64,000 bases of DNA from Anaerolineales bacterium. GTDB lineage: Bacteria > Chloroflexota > Anaerolineae > Anaerolineales > UBA11579. A model generated the notes under the pieces. It did not search any database and was not told the origin of the DNA. It was given only the letters and a program-made list of their open reading frames with translations. The stretch is from the NCBI GenBank assembly GCA_019637805.1, contig JAHBVB010000001.1, positions 969,875 to 1,033,874 of the forward strand. The letters run 5' to 3'. Position 1 is the first letter of the stretch. The number at the start of each line of letters is the position of its first letter. The translations under genes and the position numbers were made by a program. Below, in pieces: positions 8,911 to 19,543 of the stretch.

Positions 8911-9364
8911 GATCACGGTCCTCAAACAAAACCCGGCTGGCGAACTGCTCTACCAGTGGCAGGGGAAGCTGCTCTCCCAGACGTCCAACCAAGTGCTGAT
9001 CGAAGCGGCCTTTAACGCCGAGAGCGGCAAGCTGATCGATATTCAACTGAACCAGGGCGACCGCTTTTTGGAAACCTATTATTTGGATCGCTGGTTCAAT
9101 ATCTTTGAAATTCGTGACCCGCAAGACGACCACCTCAAAGGCTGGTACTGCAACGTGTCCGCCCCTGCTGTGCTGCGCCCTGGGGAGCTGGTTTTCCGTG
9201 ACTTCGCCTTGGATCTGCTGGTTTACCCGGATGGGCGCCAATTCATTCTGGATGAGGACGAATTCGCCGCGCTGGACTGCGCGCCAGACGAGCGCCAGCT
9301 GGCGCTAGATGGGCTGGCCCAGCTGCAAGCGGAGTTTGCGGCACGCTTCCGCAAGCGGTTGTAG
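8903..9364 (+). CDS. DUF402 domain protein (nucleoside di/triphosphatase-like family)
   Basis: 8-nt overlap with thiQ. 'DRWFNIFEI', 'KGWYCNVSAP' and 'FRDFALDLLVYPDG' match my recollection of DUF402. Confidence 0.75.
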   Translation: MTEITVLKQNPAGELLYQWQGKLLSQTSNQVLIEAAFNAESGKLIDIQLNQGDRFLETYYLDRWFNIFEIRDPQDDHLKGWYCNVSAPAVLRPGELVFRDFALDLLVYPDGRQFILDEDEFAALDCAPDERQLALDGLAQLQAEFAARFRKRL

Positions 9365-9437
9365 CAGTTCGGCTTATGCAGGGCGAGGCATGCCTAGCCC
9401 CTACGTGTCTCTGCTCTGACTTCGTCCTCAAGATGTG

Positions 9438-9494
9438 CTCAGCCCAATCAAAAAGACCCGGACAGTTCGTCCGGGTCTTTTTGATTGGGCTGAG
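9438..9494. terminator. Bidirectional intrinsic terminator (about 26-bp perfect stem)
   Basis: CTCAGCCCAATCAAAAAGACCCGGAC / GTCCGGGTCTTTTTGATTGGGCTGAG with a 5-nt loop. A/T runs inside the stem give a U-tract in both directions. It lies between convergent genes. Confidence 0.75.
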
Positions 9495-9498
9495 GCGC

Positions 9499-9720
9499 TT
9501 AGTAGCTGCGCAGGAAGTCAATGATGTAGTCGCCGCCAAACCAGGCTACGACCAGCGTGCACAGACAGCACAGGGCGGAGAAGATCAGCGCGCCGGCGAT
9601 GAACCACAGCACGATGCGCAGGCCGCGGCGGCCGTCGGATTCGGCGTTGGAGGAAACGGAAGTGATTTCAGGTTCTTGGTTGGACATAGTTCTTTCGCTT
9701 TCTGAGCGGGATTGTAACAT
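9499..9720 (-). CDS. Small single-TM membrane protein (hypothetical)
   Basis: Hydrophobic core 'IVLWFIAGALIFSALCCLCTLVVAWF'. Alternative ATG at 9687 ('MSNQEPE'). No recognisable family. Confidence 0.5.
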   Translation of the reverse strand: MLQSRSESERTMSNQEPEITSVSSNAESDGRRGLRIVLWFIAGALIFSALCCLCTLVVAWFGGDYIIDFLRSY

Positions 9721-9798
9721 TCACAGTTGTGCAACTGGGTTGGTTGCTTTTTGCTTTCACCCGGTTATTATAGTTAATCGAAACTGCTTATAGAGGTA

Positions 9799-11277
9799 TT
9801 GGTTATGCAAGTATCGACTTCACTCTCGTCCAATCCGACCCATGCCTGGTTGCGCAAGATTGGCGTAGCTTTCACTCCCGGTCCGATGACACCCCTGCTG
9901 GAAAATTTCCGCCAGGGACTGCTGGAACGCTTCGCCGCGCTGGGCCACCAGGTTAGCGATCCGCCTGCCGAAGATATTGACGTGCTCTTCACCACCGCCG
10001 CATTTGGTGAATCGGTCTCCTGGCGCGAGGCTTTGTTCTTCACCGCCCGCCGCAAATTTGGCCTCAAGCGCTCCCCGGTGGTCTATAACATCATCCAGAT
10101 CAGCCCGGCACAGTTCGACGAATGGATGAACCGTTTCCAGACTGCGCTGGCCAAAGAAACGCCGGCAGCAGAGGATTTTCAGTTCGAGGGCCTGTCGCCC
10201 ACGGCCTACAAGGTGTTGATCGAGCAGGGGCTGCGCGGCGGGCCGATCCTCTCGCTGGCGCGCATGCTGCAGGCGCAGGCCAAGAGCATCCGCATCCTGC
10301 TGTTGGTGGGCGACGAGCGCCCGGAGCGCGTCTACCACTTCGACCTGGTGGGCGCTTACCCGGCCAGCCACAACACCTCGGCCGAGGCCTTTTACAGCGA
10401 CATCGTTTTGCGCATCGTCACCACCGAAAGCACGACCGAGGTTACCAATCACGAATTGATCCAACCCGAGATCAAGTTTCCCGAATGGGAAGCGCTGAGC
10501 AGCCCGGAAGCCATGCGCCGGGCCGGCAACGAGATTGGGGCGCGCGGCTTTTTCACCGATATGGTGCGCATCGAAGACCTGGTGCAGGTACCCGCAGTTA
10601 ATGAAGGTGTGGCCAAGCAATACAGCGAGGGCTGCTTCGCCACCTGGGACCCGCGCCTAAATGCGCTGATCGCCACGGTGACCGGCAGCGCCCGCCCGGT
10701 GCACAAAGGTCGCCTGACCGACGATGACTTGGCCGTGATCATTGGCGTGCGCCCGGATGGTTCCGGCGCGCAGGTGCGCCATGTGGATGGCAAACGCAAC
10801 GACCCGCCTTCATCCGAAGCGGTCGAGATGATGGATATGGACGAGCACCTGCCGCGCATCTCCAAAGAGACTGTAGCCGGCGTCAAGACCGAAGTGCCGG
10901 TGATCCGCTCTAAGCTGCATGGACACCGCGGCGTCAAGGCCTTCAACCCGGAACTGGTGGAATACGTGCCGCTGGACCCGCCCTATTATCACTACCTGGT
11001 CTCGTGCGCCACTGAAGCCCAGGCGCGCGGCATCAAGGCCGCCTTCAGCCGGGCCGAGTCGCTGCTCAACCCCGATGACCCGCGCAAGATTGCCTTCACA
11101 GTGCTGCCTGGCCACGGCGTGGTTATGGCAGAGAAATGGCAGCAAGCCAAGGCGCCTTTTGAGATTATCTGGGAAGCCATGGATTCTGGCGCTTTGGAGA
11201 TCGACCCGCATGTGCCGCAGGGGTTGATGGATTACACGCCTGGCGATGACGGACGGCACCACCTGCAGGAGGGATAA
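9799..11277 (+). CDS. Hypothetical protein; the C-terminal half is class II aldolase/adducin-like by motif only
   Basis: 492-aa ORF with the codon bias of the host. 'LIATVTGS...LTDDDLAVI...DG...PPSSEAVE...LHGHRG' parallels the class II aldolase pattern (liTPSG...PSSE...HtH). The N-terminal ~280 aa is unrecognised. Confidence 0.7.
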   Translation: MVMQVSTSLSSNPTHAWLRKIGVAFTPGPMTPLLENFRQGLLERFAALGHQVSDPPAEDIDVLFTTAAFGESVSWREALFFTARRKFGLKRSPVVYNIIQISPAQFDEWMNRFQTALAKETPAAEDFQFEGLSPTAYKVLIEQGLRGGPILSLARMLQAQAKSIRILLLVGDERPERVYHFDLVGAYPASHNTSAEAFYSDIVLRIVTTESTTEVTNHELIQPEIKFPEWEALSSPEAMRRAGNEIGARGFFTDMVRIEDLVQVPAVNEGVAKQYSEGCFATWDPRLNALIATVTGSARPVHKGRLTDDDLAVIIGVRPDGSGAQVRHVDGKRNDPPSSEAVEMMDMDEHLPRISKETVAGVKTEVPVIRSKLHGHRGVKAFNPELVEYVPLDPPYYHYLVSCATEAQARGIKAAFSRAESLLNPDDPRKIAFTVLPGHGVVMAEKWQQAKAPFEIIWEAMDSGALEIDPHVPQGLMDYTPGDDGRHHLQEG

Positions 11278-11297
11278 AATTGGATCACACCCTGCTG

Positions 11298-11323
11298 TGT
11301 CGCTCTGAGCGGAGCGAAGAGCT
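11298..11323 (+). repeat. REP/MITE-like module, left copy (GTGTC..CTGAGC..GCGAAGAG)
   Basis: gtgtcgctctgagcggagcgaagagc contains the stem GCTCT/AGAGC. An inverted partner lies at 11404-11445. Confidence 0.35.
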
Positions 11324-11343
11324 GTTTTAAACAATTGGTTAAG

Positions 11344-11387
11344 AATCAAACCCGGCTGACAAAGTCTCTTGTCAGCCGGGTTTGATT
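11344..11387. terminator. Bidirectional intrinsic terminator
   Basis: ATCAAACCCGGCTGACAA / TTGTCAGCCGGGTTTGAT with a 6-nt loop, followed by TTTTG. It lies between the convergent 9799-11277(+) gene and acnA(-). Confidence 0.7.
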
Positions 11388-11403
11388 TTGACTACTGTAC
11401 GTA

Positions 11404-11445
11404 AACTTCTTCGCGGCGCGCTGCGCCGCTGGCTCAGAAAGACAC
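11404..11445 (-). repeat. REP/MITE-like module, right copy (inverted)
   Basis: The reverse complement reads gtgtctttctgagcc..gcgcc gcgaagaag, sharing GTGTC, CTGAGC and GCGAAGA with the left copy. It contains the inner palindrome GCGGCGC..GCGCCGC. Confidence 0.35.
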
Positions 11446-11480
11446 AAAGCTAGTCTAGGAAATTTCCAATCTCGTTTCTT

Positions 11481-14180
<2,700 letters not shown>

Positions 14181-14272
14181 TGAAACTCCAAAAATGATTA
14201 TAACGCCTGCCTCTGCGGGTTAGAATAGGTGAGGAGAGGCGCGCTTTCTTTTTATTCGCTTGCAGAGGTGCT

Positions 14273-16492
14273 ATGCCTACATTTTTCCGTAACCGATCGA
14301 TGAAAATTGCTCTAACCCTTTTACTGGCCGTACTGCTTAGCAGCTGTGTGGCTGCCGGCGACCTAGTTTGGTTGGACGAGAACGCCAATGGCATCCAGGA
14401 CTCGGGTGAGCCTGGGGTTGAAGGCGTGACCGTGCGCCTGTACAACACAGAAGACAGCAGCCTAGTCTCCACCGCGCTCACTGGAGCGGATGGGACTTAT
14501 CAAGTCGGGCAGCAGGGAGTAAATTCCGGAGCGTATTATCTGGAATTTGAAATCCCGTTGGGCTATGGTTTTACCCAGCAAGGGCAGGGCAATGACCCGG
14601 CCTTGGACAGTGACGTGGACCCGATCACCGGGCGCACTGAAGTGATGCTGATCAACAGCCGACTCTCGGATGTGGATGCCGGCCTGGTATTGATCGTGCC
14701 CATCGTACCCGAAACAGATACGTCTGAACCAGCCGCAGCCGGGATCACCGGCTTTACCTGGCTGGATGAGAACGCGGACGGCCTCCAGGACGCAGCGGAG
14801 CCGCCCCTGGCTGAAGTGATTGTGCGTCTGCTGGACGCACAGGGCGACATGCTGGATGAGCTAACCAGCGATGCCGCGGGCTTGTATGAGTTCACCGCTC
14901 TGCCGGTGGGTAAGCAGTACCGGGTGGCTTTCCAGCCGCCTGCGGATTACCAGTTCACCCAAATGGATGCGGGCGATGACGCCGCCGACAGCGATGCGGA
15001 CACAAACAGCGGCCAAACCGAAACGTTCACCCTGGATACGGCCGGCGTACGAATGGACGCTGGCTTTGTGTCCACTGCGCCCAGCAGCCTGGGTCCGGAC
15101 GACTTCCCGGCGGGCTACAACCCGCTCACCGGCCAGCCGCTGTGTGTGCCGGAAGCGGCCGAGTGGAGCGTGGTGGGCATTTCCATCTCGCAGTTTCCCC
15201 CGGCCGCCACGCGCCCGCCCACGGGCTTGGAATGGGTCGCTTGGGTTAGCGAATGGTGGATCGGTGAAGGCAGCACGCGCTTGTATGCACAGTTCTACGG
15301 CTGTTACCCTGAGATTGACTTGGACCAGGTCTTGGGCGACCAGGCCGGTTCTGATAGCCCCGAGACCGCTGAGAACCAGTTCATCATCGGCGACAGGGTT
15401 TGGTACGACAACAACGGCAACTCGCTGCAGGATGAAGGTGAGCCCGGCGTGCCCGGCATCGGTGTTGAACTGATCTTGCAGGGCCAGGTGATCGGCAGCA
15501 CGACCACGGACGGCGCAGGCAAATACTTCTTCCAGGTGGAGCCGCAATATGGCTACCGCTACCAGGTGCGCTTCAGCATCCCCAGCAGCATGCAAACCTT
15601 CTACTTCGTGGCTGCCAATGCCAGCGCCGATGACAGCATCGACAGCGATGCCGACCCGGCTACCGGCCAGACCGCCGGCTTTGTGCTGCCGGAGGATGCC
15701 AGCCAGCTGCTGGATATTGATGCGGGCGTGCGGCATGCCATCCGCATCGAGGGCGTGCGCTCCGGCCGCCTGGTTTACGAGACGATGCGCGGCTACTTTG
15801 AGGGCTGCACAGTGATCGCTGGCGCCGACCCTGAAGTGCTGGCCCAGATCCAGGTCTGCGCCCAGGCCTCCAGCACCAATGACGGCGACATCGGCGCGGC
15901 GGGCATCGACGTGACCCGCCTGCAAGAGATCGCTGCCGAAAATGTGGGCTTGCACGGCCCGCCCAACCTGACCGGCAATCTGTTCCAGCAAGCGCCGCCG
16001 GAAGGTTGCACACCGGCCGCCTCGCTGACCATGTTCTACAACGTGGCCAACCAAACCTACTGGAGCTACGATGCCGACCGCGGCGCGTACCTCCGCCACC
16101 AGAACACCAATACCACGCCGGAGGTGCAAGAAGTCAGCACCGAGGCACTGACCGGCCAGCCGCTGCATTTTGAGAACGTGATGGTCTTCTTTGTGGAGCA
16201 CCAACAGCTCAATGAGGCCGGCACCATTTTTGATGTGAGCATGGAAGGCACCATTGGCCGGGTCAAACTGCTGCGAGACGGCTTGGTCTGCGACCTGTAT
16301 TGGTCCACGATCAATGGCGAATACGAGCAAGAGACGGGCCGCCTGCGCCCGATCCGCTTTGTGTATGCCGACGGCACGCCATTTCCGCTCAAGCCGGGCA
16401 AGCTGTTCATGCACATGGTGCACCTGAATGCCGACTTCTTCGAACCGGAGCCTGGTTCGGGTGACTGGCGGGCGCGCTGGTACTTGCCCTAA
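14273..16492 (+). CDS. Secreted lipoprotein: three SdrD-B/Cna-B-type modules fused to a DUF3048-like domain
   Basis: Lipobox 'LLSSC'. Repeats 'GDLVWLDENANGIQDSGEPGVEGVTVRL', 'GFTWLDENADGLQDAAEPPLAEVIVRL' and 'GDRVWYDNNGNSLQDEGEPGVPGIGVEL'. 'NPLTGQPL...ATRPPTGL...GEGSTRLYAQFYG' resembles the DUF3048 N-terminal signature. Confidence 0.75.
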   Translation: MPTFFRNRSMKIALTLLLAVLLSSCVAAGDLVWLDENANGIQDSGEPGVEGVTVRLYNTEDSSLVSTALTGADGTYQVGQQGVNSGAYYLEFEIPLGYGFTQQGQGNDPALDSDVDPITGRTEVMLINSRLSDVDAGLVLIVPIVPETDTSEPAAAGITGFTWLDENADGLQDAAEPPLAEVIVRLLDAQGDMLDELTSDAAGLYEFTALPVGKQYRVAFQPPADYQFTQMDAGDDAADSDADTNSGQTETFTLDTAGVRMDAGFVSTAPSSLGPDDFPAGYNPLTGQPLCVPEAAEWSVVGISISQFPPAATRPPTGLEWVAWVSEWWIGEGSTRLYAQFYGCYPEIDLDQVLGDQAGSDSPETAENQFIIGDRVWYDNNGNSLQDEGEPGVPGIGVELILQGQVIGSTTTDGAGKYFFQVEPQYGYRYQVRFSIPSSMQTFYFVAANASADDSIDSDADPATGQTAGFVLPEDASQLLDIDAGVRHAIRIEGVRSGRLVYETMRGYFEGCTVIAGADPEVLAQIQVCAQASSTNDGDIGAAGIDVTRLQEIAAENVGLHGPPNLTGNLFQQAPPEGCTPAASLTMFYNVANQTYWSYDADRGAYLRHQNTNTTPEVQEVSTEALTGQPLHFENVMVFFVEHQQLNEAGTIFDVSMEGTIGRVKLLRDGLVCDLYWSTINGEYEQETGRLRPIRFVYADGTPFPLKPGKLFMHMVHLNADFFEPEPGSGDWRARWYLP

Positions 16493-16500
16493 GGCATACA

Positions 16501-16527
16501 AAGAGAGCCGCGTTAGCGGCTCTTCTT
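16501..16527. terminator. Bidirectional terminator overlapping the MFS stop codon
   Basis: AAGAGAGCCGC gtta GCGGCTCTTCTT. T-rich sequence follows on both strands. The loop holds the TAA of the minus-strand gene. Confidence 0.6.
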
Positions 16528-17778
16528 AGGCTTCTCCTGGCTGGTCAGACGGCGAATGCGCTCGAACAGCGGCCCGGTGGTGGCCAGCGTGGCCGCCGAG
16601 GCCCACAGCGCGGCCTGCATGGACAGGCTGCGGCCCACGGCGCCCAGGATGGGGCCGCCGGCCAGCTCACCCAGCGCATCGATCTGGCCGGTGATGGACA
16701 AGACCGTGGCGCGCACTTTGGAGTCGATCTGCTGGTTGATCCAAGCGGTGATCAACGGGAAGCTGACTGCGCGCAAGCCATTGAAGGTGATCATGGCGGC
16801 GATCGCTAGGTAGAAATTGCGCGTCAGCGTGAAGAGCAGCATGGCAACCACCATGCCCAAATAAATGCCTTGCAGGCTGCGCAAGATGTTGGCGCCTTTT
16901 TGGGTGTCCACGCGGCGCTTGACAGCGTAATTTGCCGCCAGACTGGCCAGGATGAAAGCTACATTCAGAATCCCCAGCCATTCGATGGCGCCCAGCGACA
17001 GGCCAAACAGGTCCGGGAAGTCAAAGCGTTCCAGCAGGAAGGGCTGCGAGAGCCGGTCCCAGGCTTCACTGTACAAACCGAGCACCAGGCCGATCAAAGC
17101 AAAGGTGACCAGTGCCGGCCGGCCGCGGATCACGGCTAGACCTTTGTTAAAGGTGGTGAACATACTGCGCCAACCCTCACGCTGTTCTGCCGGCACGGGT
17201 TTGAAGCCGGTTTCTGGCATGAAGAGCAGCAGGAACAAGGCCAGCAGCATATACAGTCCGCCGCCCACCAGGTAGGGCAGGCCGAGGCTCATGGACCCCA
17301 GCAAAACGCCAAAGGGAATCCCCAGCAAATTGCCCGCCAGGCTGACCTGGTTGCCGCGTAGGAAGGCCGAACCGGCATTTTTTGTCCCCACCTCGTCTGT
17401 AACCCAGGCCGAGAAAGCGCCGCTGATGAAGGTGGAGCCAAAGCCCCAAACGAACTGCGAAAGAGCGATCACCCAAAACAAGGGCGCCAGAGCTTCGATG
17501 GCGTGTCCCAGGCCAATGAGGAAGAAGCCCGCGATGACCGAGACGCGCCGGCTGTAGACGTCTGCCACCACGCCGGTGGGGATTTCGAAGAGGAAGATGG
17601 ACGCTTCCATGATGGTGCCCAGCAGTACCAGCTGCAGCGGGTCCAGCTGCGCCACATCCACGCGGTAGAGGATGTAGGTGGTCAGCACCAGCTTATTGGC
17701 GAAGCCGCTGGTGAAGTGTGCCAGCAGGTAGACGAACAGGGCCGGAAGTTTGCTTGTTGTCGGTTTTCGGGAGGGCAT
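16513..17778 (-). CDS. MFS transporter
   Basis: 421 aa with about 12 TM segments. The loop 'GVVADVYSRRVSVIAG' resembles MFS motif A. Confidence 0.85.
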   Translation of the reverse strand: MPSRKPTTSKLPALFVYLLAHFTSGFANKLVLTTYILYRVDVAQLDPLQLVLLGTIMEASIFLFEIPTGVVADVYSRRVSVIAGFFLIGLGHAIEALAPLFWVIALSQFVWGFGSTFISGAFSAWVTDEVGTKNAGSAFLRGNQVSLAGNLLGIPFGVLLGSMSLGLPYLVGGGLYMLLALFLLLFMPETGFKPVPAEQREGWRSMFTTFNKGLAVIRGRPALVTFALIGLVLGLYSEAWDRLSQPFLLERFDFPDLFGLSLGAIEWLGILNVAFILASLAANYAVKRRVDTQKGANILRSLQGIYLGMVVAMLLFTLTRNFYLAIAAMITFNGLRAVSFPLITAWINQQIDSKVRATVLSITGQIDALGELAGGPILGAVGRSLSMQAALWASAATLATTGPLFERIRRLTSQEKPKKSR

Positions 17779-17818
17779 AGGCTGGGCAGTGTATCACCGC
17801 TGGGCGGGTCTGCGCAGC

Positions 17819-19543
17819 ATGGCGCGTTATACTCGGAAAATGCTCGCTCGTTTGCGCACCTGGCTTAACCGCCATCCCTTTGAAGTCTTTGTGCTCTTGT
17901 TAGCTCTCCTGCCGCAGATCTACCTTAGCCTGAGCAATCCCAACACCATTCTGGACTGGTACAACTCCGACGATGGCTTCTATTATTTCCAGGCGGCGCG
18001 CAATCTGGCTGAAGGCTACGGCTTCACCTTCGATCGCATTAACCCCACCAACGGCTTCCATCCGCTGTGGTTGTTCCTCATCACGCCGGTGTTCGCCCTG
18101 GCGCAATCAGATGTGCTGCTGCCGCTGCGCGTCCTGATGCTGCTCTCGGCGCTGATCAGTGCCGGCAGCGCCATCCTGCTCTATCGCCTGCTGCTCCGCC
18201 AGGGCGCCGGCCCAGGCGGCGCCCTGGCGGGCTTGCTGTGGATCATTGTGCCGCGCATCCACGACCTGGTATTGCATTCCGGCACAGAGGCCGGGCTGAA
18301 CGCCTTTTGCCTGCTGCTCTTCTGGGCCGCGCTGGTGCGCACGCCCGCTGTCCGCGGTGGGCGGCTGAATCTGGGCGGCTTGCTGGCGCTGGGCGGCCTG
18401 GCCAGCCTGGCGGTGCTGGCCCGCCTGGACAATGTCTTTTTCGTGGCAGCGGGCGGGATATGGCTGTGGCTGCGCTCCTGGCAGCCGCCCAATTCGCCGG
18501 TCCTACAGGGCAACCCCTGGGCTTGGCGCTTTCAGGTGGCCGCCGCCTTTCTGGCCCCGGTAGCGCTGACCCTGGCCGCCTATGTCGCCTGGAACCTGCT
18601 GGCCTTCGGTACGGCCACGCCGGTCAGCGGGCAGGTCAAACTGTGGTGGGGCACCCTGCGCAATACGGCCTATGGCTTCCCGGTCAAGAACTGGGTGGAC
18701 TTTGGCGGCCAATTCTTCACCGATCATCCGGAACTGGGTCCCTGGTCGCTGGCCACCGCCTCGCTGTACGCCGCAGCCGAAGGGCTGCTGACCTGGCTGG
18801 GCCAGGCGGTGTCTGTGCCGGCGCGGCGTATGGCGCTGCTGGCGCTGGGTGGCATACTGGCCGCCCTGGCCGGCGGCCTGGTGTGGGCCGAGCGCAAGTT
18901 TGTGCGCTCGGCGGCGGTTTCCCTGGGTCTGCTGCCGTTCTTTGTGGGCTGTTTCCTGCAAATTGCTTATTACAAATTTGGCGGCTCGGTGGCCCAGCAG
19001 CCCTGGTACTGGATGGCGCAGATGATCTGGCTGCTGTTTGGGTTGGGCCTGCTGCTGGCGGCGCTGCTGCGCTGGCTGGGCCGCGTTCTGCCGGCGGCTG
19101 GCCGCCTCGCGCCGGTGCTGGGCGGCCTGGCCGCCCTGGGCCTGACGCTGTTTTATCTTGGCCATCTGCAGGGCGCCATTCGCCAGCCGGGCGACGGCAG
19201 CAATCACTTTTATCTGCATCGCGCCCGCTGGCTGCAGGCCAATGTAGAGCCGGGGGCGCGGGTGGCCATTACAGGCTCCGGCAACCTGGGCTACTTCAGC
19301 CAGGGGATCACGATCGTCAACATGGATGGGCTGATGAACACGGTCGATTACTTGCATGCCCTGCAAGCTGAACGTGGCGCTCAGTACCTGGCTGAACTGG
19401 GTGTGGATTACATTTTTGGCAACGAGTACATCCTGACCCAAACCAACCCCTACGGGCCGATGCTGGAAGGGCATTTGCAGCCCTACAGCCAATACTTGTT
19501 TGGAGAAGACCGCGTCCTGCCCTTGTGGCGTTTTGTGCCTTAA
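17819..19543 (+). CDS. Polytopic membrane protein, GT-C fold (GT39/ArnT-like) glycosyltransferase candidate
   Basis: Internal ATG at 17819 ('MARYTRKML') avoids overlap with the divergent MFS gene. First loop 'SDDGFYYFQAARNLAEGYGFTF...TNGFHPLW' has a DD/DE-type GT-C motif. More than 10 TM segments. Confidence 0.65.
   Translation: MARYTRKMLARLRTWLNRHPFEVFVLLLALLPQIYLSLSNPNTILDWYNSDDGFYYFQAARNLAEGYGFTFDRINPTNGFHPLWLFLITPVFALAQSDVLLPLRVLMLLSALISAGSAILLYRLLLRQGAGPGGALAGLLWIIVPRIHDLVLHSGTEAGLNAFCLLLFWAALVRTPAVRGGRLNLGGLLALGGLASLAVLARLDNVFFVAAGGIWLWLRSWQPPNSPVLQGNPWAWRFQVAAAFLAPVALTLAAYVAWNLLAFGTATPVSGQVKLWWGTLRNTAYGFPVKNWVDFGGQFFTDHPELGPWSLATASLYAAAEGLLTWLGQAVSVPARRMALLALGGILAALAGGLVWAERKFVRSAAVSLGLLPFFVGCFLQIAYYKFGGSVAQQPWYWMAQMIWLLFGLGLLLAALLRWLGRVLPAAGRLAPVLGGLAALGLTLFYLGHLQGAIRQPGDGSNHFYLHRARWLQANVEPGARVAITGSGNLGYFSQGITIVNMDGLMNTVDYLHALQAERGAQYLAELGVDYIFGNEYILTQTNPYGPMLEGHLQPYSQYLFGEDRVLPLWRFVP

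Noticed and set aside
14197-14226. Divergent promoter elements between acnA and the lipoprotein gene (TATAAT on the minus strand at 14197-14202; TAGAAT on the plus strand at 14221-14226)
   Set aside because: The -10 boxes are good, but the -35 candidates (TTCTAA / TTATAA) match consensus at only 3 of 6 positions. That is too weak to list as features without start-site data.
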